Source of the DNA: Candidatus Saccharimonadota bacterium
GTDB taxonomy: Bacteria; Pseudomonadota; Gammaproteobacteria; Enterobacterales; Enterobacteriaceae
Reading direction: 5' to 3'
Length of the DNA: 22,832 nt
Assembly (NCBI RefSeq): GCF_012571345.1
Contig: NZ_CP046218.1
Location: forward strand, 372,330-395,161
The position numbers and the translations under genes were made by a program. The notes under the pieces were generated by a model, which made no database searches, was not told the origin of the DNA, and saw nothing but the letters and a program-made list of their open reading frames with translations. Shown one piece after another: positions 18,712-22,832 of the stretch. The number at the start of each line of letters is the position of its first letter. Within the stretch, counting starts at the first letter, position 1.

Positions 18712-19083
18712 TTAATTAGATTTTAAATGTTTATAAAAATTAAAAATATTCATTTTAAATAAATATAATAAACTTAGTAATATCGTTATTATAAATAATA
18801 ATCCTGTAATTAATCCTTCTATTCGTATCATTTTAATACTTATAGCCCATGTATACAAATACAATGATTCAATATCAAAAATAACGAAAAATATTGCTAT
18901 TAAAAAAAAATTAATTGTCATTTTAATATGGGTATCCTGATAAGATGCAGCACCAGATTCAAATGGAATATTTTTATCAATGCCATATGAACGACCTCCT
19001 AAATAATAAGAAATAAATAACATAAAACTACTAATAAAAATAGCAAAACTCGTAAATAAAACCAAATTATTTAATTTTATCAT
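18712..19083 (-). CDS. nuoA: NADH:quinone oxidoreductase subunit A
   Basis: 123 aa. The core YLGGRS....KN.PFESG........H.K.T..FFL.AIFFVIFD.ES.YLY.W matches E. coli NuoA (FLGGRARARSKNVPFESG...[21 protein letters not shown]). It is the first gene of the nuo cluster. Both termini are shorter than the 147-aa E. coli protein. Confidence 0.92.
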   Translation of the reverse strand: MIKLNNLVLFTSFAIFISSFMLFISYYLGGRSYGIDKNIPFESGAASYQDTHIKMTINFFLIAIFFVIFDIESLYLYTWAISIKMIRIEGLITGLLFIITILLSLLYLFKMNIFNFYKHLKSN

Positions 19084-19115
19084 AGTTAATACTTTAATTA
19101 AAAATTATTTACATA

Positions 19116-20423
19116 TTAAATTTTTATATTTTTTTTTAAAAAATTTTTAAACACATTAAAATTATTGGGTAAAACATGGTTTTGATTATCTTTTTTAAAA
19201 TAATATAATAACACATCTGGTAATAATACTTTATATTTTAAAAGCTGTAATATATATTTTTGAAATTTAGCGGGATGTGCTGTACCTAAAAAGATATTAA
19301 AAGTATCATTAGTGCCATGCTTATATTGTAATGCACTAAAACCAACTGCTGCATGAGGTTCTGAAATATATTTATATTGTTGATATAATCTTTTGATATT
19401 TTTAGATGTTACATAATCTGTAATAGAATAAGCTTCTAATTTATTAATCGGATAATGATTATCATTAAAAATTTTTAATATTCTTGGCCAATTATTAGGT
19501 ATACTAACATCCATGGCATTAGATAATGTTGATAATGTTTGTTGAGGTTTCCAATCACCATGTTGTAAATATTTAACAACTGTATCATTAATATTAGTTG
19601 CTGCAATAATATTATATATTGGTAAGCCCATGTTTTTTGCTATTAAACCTGCAGTTAAATTACCAAAATTACCACTAGGTACAGATACAATAATTTTTTT
19701 AGATTCGGAATATTTTGATGCTTGTTTATATAATTCAAAATAATAACAAATTTGTGCTAATAAACGACTTATATTAATTGAATTAGCAGAATTTAGATTA
19801 AATATATTATTTAATTCTTTATCACTAAAAGCTTTTTTAATTAATTTTTGACAATCATCAAAATCACCTTCTATGGCAATTGAAGTAATATTATTCTTTA
19901 ATGTACAAAATAATTTTTTTTGTAAAGAAGTAATTTTTTTATATGGATATAAAATAATCACTTCAATATTAGGTATTTTATAAAAAGCATGTGCAACAGC
20001 AGCTCCAGTATCACCTGAAGTAGCTGTTAAGATTATTATCTTTTCATTATGATAAAAATAATGCAATATTTGTGCCATAAAACGAACGCCAAAATCTTTA
20101 AAAGATAAAGTTGGGCCATGGAATAGTTCAAAACAAGCAAGGTTATTATTTAATAATTGTAATTTTAATGGGAAATTAAATGCTTTTTTAATAATAATTT
20201 TTAAATCTTTTAAAGCTAGTATTTTATTGTCTATAAAACAAGATAGTATTTTGCTACTGCAAGTTATAAAATCATCTTGCATTAATAATTTATACATTAT
20301 TTTATCATCTAATTTTGGTATAGTATGTGGAAAAAATAACCCTTGATTACGACCTAATCCTATTTTTAATGCTTCCATAAAATTAACTTTATGTGTTATA
20401 TCATTAAGATTTATAAACATCAT
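19116..20423 (-). CDS. thrC: Threonine synthase (PLP-dependent)
   Basis: 435 aa versus 428 in E. coli. Conserved blocks: GLG.NQGLFFPH, ELFHGPTLSFKDFG.RFMAQ (PLP lysine), ILTATSGDTGAAVAHAFY, NSANSINISRLLAQICYYFE, VSVPSGNFGNLTAG, LSNAMDVS.PNNWPR, SEPHAAV, LGTAHPAKF. The start ATG overlaps the thrB TGA (ATGA at 20420-20423). Confidence 0.96.
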   Translation of the reverse strand: MMFINLNDITHKVNFMEALKIGLGRNQGLFFPHTIPKLDDKIMYKLLMQDDFITCSSKILSCFIDNKILALKDLKIIIKKAFNFPLKLQLLNNNLACFELFHGPTLSFKDFGVRFMAQILHYFYHNEKIIILTATSGDTGAAVAHAFYKIPNIEVIILYPYKKITSLQKKLFCTLKNNITSIAIEGDFDDCQKLIKKAFSDKELNNIFNLNSANSINISRLLAQICYYFELYKQASKYSESKKIIVSVPSGNFGNLTAGLIAKNMGLPIYNIIAATNINDTVVKYLQHGDWKPQQTLSTLSNAMDVSIPNNWPRILKIFNDNHYPINKLEAYSITDYVTSKNIKRLYQQYKYISEPHAAVGFSALQYKHGTNDTFNIFLGTAHPAKFQKYILQLLKYKVLLPDVLLYYFKKDNQNHVLPNNFNVFKNFLKKNIKI

Positions 20424-21352
20424 ATTTTCTCCATTATTTGAGTACCTACTTTATTAATTGTACAAATATATACAAATCCTTTATGATTCTGAATATAATA
20501 TTTTTTGAGCCACATCACCATATCTTGTGCGTTATGTAAATGATTAAAAATACAAAATATAGTAGGTCCAGAACCTGCAATACCATAATTTAAAGCACCT
20601 AATTGTTTAGCTTTATTTTTAACTTTATTAAAATTAGGGATAATATTTTTTCTATATGGTTCTGCAATATGATCCTTTAATAATTTTGCTGCTAATATTT
20701 CATTTTGTATATGACTAGCATGTATAAAACCAGATAAATATTGGCTATGTTGTATACATGTTTCTAATGTATATGTATTAGGTAAAATTTTTCTTGAATT
20801 ATATGTAGATAAAGAAATGCCAGGATATGCTATAACCCATAACCAATTAGAAAAAATAGGAATATCTTGGATGCTAATATGTTTCATAGATAATATTAAT
20901 TTCATGCCACCTAAATAGCACGGAATAATATTATCATAATGTATGTTACCAGAAAATAGGCCTTCTAATTCTCCCATTAAAATTATTAATTCTGTATTAG
21001 TTAAAGGATACTCACAAAATATGTTCATAGCTTTAAGAAAAGATACTATAGAACATGCGCTAGAACCTAATCCAGAAGCTACAGGAACATTTTTTTCTAA
21101 TAAAACTTTAACAGGTATGGTTTTATTAATTTTATCACAAAATTTTAGCCAACAATGAAAAATAATATTTTCATTGTCTTCTGGCAAATCTTGTATAAAT
21201 AAACCTGTTTTCATTAAAGTAAATGTTTTATGAGGTATAATAGTAACGTAATCACCTAATATACCATTATCTAATCTAGTTAATGCGATACCTAACGAAT
21301 CAAAACCAACATTAATATTACCAATAGATGCAGGAGAATAAATTTTTATCAT
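20420..21352 (-). CDS. thrB: Homoserine kinase (GHMP family)
   Basis: The track start at 21364 is a GTG. The ATG at 21352 gives MIKIYSPASIGNINVGFDSLG, collinear with E. coli [21 protein letters not shown] (310 aa in both). The GHMP motif PVASGLGSSACS is present, as are MGELEG..SG.IHYDN..PC.LGG and GSGPT.F. Confidence 0.94.
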   Translation of the reverse strand: MIKIYSPASIGNINVGFDSLGIALTRLDNGILGDYVTIIPHKTFTLMKTGLFIQDLPEDNENIIFHCWLKFCDKINKTIPVKVLLEKNVPVASGLGSSACSIVSFLKAMNIFCEYPLTNTELIILMGELEGLFSGNIHYDNIIPCYLGGMKLILSMKHISIQDIPIFSNWLWVIAYPGISLSTYNSRKILPNTYTLETCIQHSQYLSGFIHASHIQNEILAAKLLKDHIAEPYRKNIIPNFNKVKNKAKQLGALNYGIAGSGPTIFCIFNHLHNAQDMVMWLKKYYIQNHKGFVYICTINKVGTQIMEKI

Positions 21353-21368
21353 TGTTAAAATCACTTAT

Positions 21369-22832
21369 TTATAAAATATTAATACGTAATAGATCTGTTA
21401 AAATACCTGCAGCAGTAACATTATTACCCGCGCCATAACCTTTTAATACTAAAGGTAATGGTTGATAATAATTAGTATAAAAAATAAAGGCATTTTCACC
21501 ATTTTTAATATTATATAGCGGATGTGTTATATCTATTGCCATAGTTTTTACACTACATAATCCTTTTGCATCAATACTGCCAATATATCGTAATACTTTA
21601 TTTTGTTTTTTGGCTTCTTTAACTTTATTACTAAAAATATAATCTATTTCTGATAAATTTTTTAATAATGATAATTTGGTTATATTACTTTGGATTTTAT
21701 CAAAATTAATAACAGGTTCTGTATGTATGTCTTGTAATTCTAAGTTTAAACCTAATTCTCTTGCTAAAATTAATAATTTTCTTGCGACATCTATGCCAGA
21801 TAAATCAATATATGGATTAGGTTCAGTAAAACCCATATTTTGAGCTAAACTAACTGCTTGTGATAAAGGCATATTTTCTTCTAACTTGCCAAAAATAAAA
21901 GATAATGAACCTGATAAAATACCATAAAATTTTATTATTTTATCACCAGTATGTAATAAATCCTGTAATGTTTTAATAATTGGTAAACCTGCTCCTACAT
22001 TTGTTTCATAAAAAAAATTTTTTTTTTGTATATATGCAGTATTACGTATTTTTTTGTAAAATTCTAATGTATCTGTATTAGCAATTTTATTTGTTGTAAC
22101 TACATGTAAACCACAATGAAAAAAATTTATATAATGCTCCACAATAGAACGAGAAGAAGTACAATCTATAATAACAGGATTAGCTAATATATTATTTTGC
22201 ATACGAGATAAAAAATTTTGTATTGTATATTTAGGTTCATATTGTATATACTCTTCCCAATTATTTAAATCAATACCTTTGTAATTTATAAAAGTATGTT
22301 TCGTATTTAAAATGCCACATATTCTAACATTTATTAAATTATTATTTTTTTTTTGTTGTATATGATGAATTTGTTTTAATAAAGTTTTACCAATATTGCC
22401 AGTCCCTATGATAAATACGTTTAATATTTTCTCTTTCTTAAATAAAATTTGATGTGCCATATTTAAAATATATTTATCATCCATACTATTTATAACGACC
22501 GAAATAACATGTTGTACGTGATTATGTGATATCATTAAAATATTTTTTTTAGTTATTTTAAAAACAGATAGAAAATTATTTAATATATCTATATTTTTAT
22601 TTATATTTAAACCAATTATAGAAATAATAGACAATTTTGTTTTAACATTTATTCTAATAGTATTAGTTTTTATTTCGGTTTTTAATGTAAAATATAATTG
22701 TTCTTGTAGTACAATATAATCTTTATGTAATAAACATAAATTAATAATATTAGGATTATATGTTTGTGTAATAAAAAATATAGTTATATTAGAAGATATC
22801 AGAACACTATGAATATTTTTAATTAAAATATT
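21369..22832 (-). CDS. thrA: Bifunctional aspartokinase I / homoserine dehydrogenase I, C-terminal ~487 codons (regulatory region plus the homoserine dehydrogenase (HSD) domain); the 5' end lies beyond the right window edge
   Basis: The track lists 21369..22634 starting at an internal TTG. I translated the same frame upstream (NILIKNIHSVLISSNITIFFITQ...TKLSIISIIG...) and it stays open to position 22832. The HSD domain is collinear with E. coli ThrA: FIIGTGNIGK (NAD fold), NPVI.DCTSS, HVVT.NK.ANT, F.YETNVGAGLP.I..LQ.LL..GD....F.GILSGSLS.IFGKL, GFTEP.P..DLSG.DVARKLLILARE.G, NGENA..FY...YQPLPLVL.GYGAGN.VTAAG. The window edge corresponds to about residue 335 of the 820-aa E. coli protein. Confidence 0.93.
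   Translation of the reverse strand, partial: NILIKNIHSVLISSNITIFFITQTYNPNIINLCLLHKDYIVLQEQLYFTLKTEIKTNTIRINVKTKLSIISIIGLNINKNIDILNNFLSVFKITKKNILMISHNHVQHVISVVINSMDDKYILNMAHQILFKKEKILNVFIIGTGNIGKTLLKQIHHIQQKKNNNLINVRICGILNTKHTFINYKGIDLNNWEEYIQYEPKYTIQNFLSRMQNNILANPVIIDCTSSRSIVEHYINFFHCGLHVVTTNKIANTDTLEFYKKIRNTAYIQKKNFFYETNVGAGLPIIKTLQDLLHTGDKIIKFYGILSGSLSFIFGKLEENMPLSQAVSLAQNMGFTEPNPYIDLSGIDVARKLLILARELGLNLELQDIHTEPVINFDKIQSNITKLSLLKNLSEIDYIFSNKVKEAKKQNKVLRYIGSIDAKGLCSVKTMAIDITHPLYNIKNGENAFIFYTNYYQPLPLVLKGYGAGNNVTAAGILTDLLRINIL

Noticed and set aside
20943-21158. 71-aa + strand ORF
   Set aside because: Antisense to the thrB GHMP motif region. Shadow ORF.
21353-21364. GTG start for thrB four codons upstream of the ATG
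   Set aside because: The ATG at 21352 gives MIKIYSPAS, collinear with E. coli MVKVYAPAS and the same 310-aa length. The GTG is possible but less parsimonious.
1-22832. Searched for CRISPR repeats, IS or transposase and phage genes, toxin-antitoxin or defence-like ORFs, pseudogenes, alternative genetic code, DnaA boxes and Chi sites
   Set aside because: Every ORF above noise is a full-length housekeeping orthologue. There are no regularly spaced repeats, no unexplained coding capacity (intergenic total ~800 nt), and no in-frame stops requiring recoding. I saw no TTATCCACA or GCTGGTGG matches by eye. I find no evidence of a novel system in this window.

Overview
This is an extremely AT-rich window (roughly one-fifth G+C by eye, not computed). 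By my coordinates only about 800 nt of 22,832 are non-coding. It reads like the core chromosome of a genome-reduced gammaproteobacterial (Enterobacterales-derived) insect endosymbiont of the Buchnera, Blochmannia or Wigglesworthia type; I cannot assign the organism from sequence alone. Left to right the window holds: the 5' part of murJ (-), ribA (+), sbcB (-), one tRNA-Ser(GGA) (+), a DedA-family membrane protein (+), the complete NADH:quinone oxidoreductase operon nuoN back to nuoA (13 genes with nuoC and nuoD fused, all on -), then thrC, thrB and the 3' two-thirds of thrA (-). Every protein aligns over essentially its full length with the E. coli orthologue as I recall it, and catalytic and Fe-S ligand motifs are intact. 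I see no frameshifts, pseudogenes, IS or phage genes, CRISPR arrays or unexplained ORFs. My honest assessment is that this is ordinary, conserved housekeeping DNA with no novel system. The points worth a second look are modest. thrABC abuts nuoA with only a 32-nt spacer. The thrA regulatory (ACT) region is eroded at positions linked to feedback resistance. A 15-bp perfect bidirectional terminator is built into the last ribA codons. The tRNA-Ser lacks an encoded CCA and has an unusual discriminator base. Several in-frame A9-A10 slippage-prone tracts occur in coding sequence. Four start codons in the ORF track needed correction (sbcB, nuoF, thrB, dedA-like), and two genes truncated by the window edges (murJ, thrA) were not fully represented.
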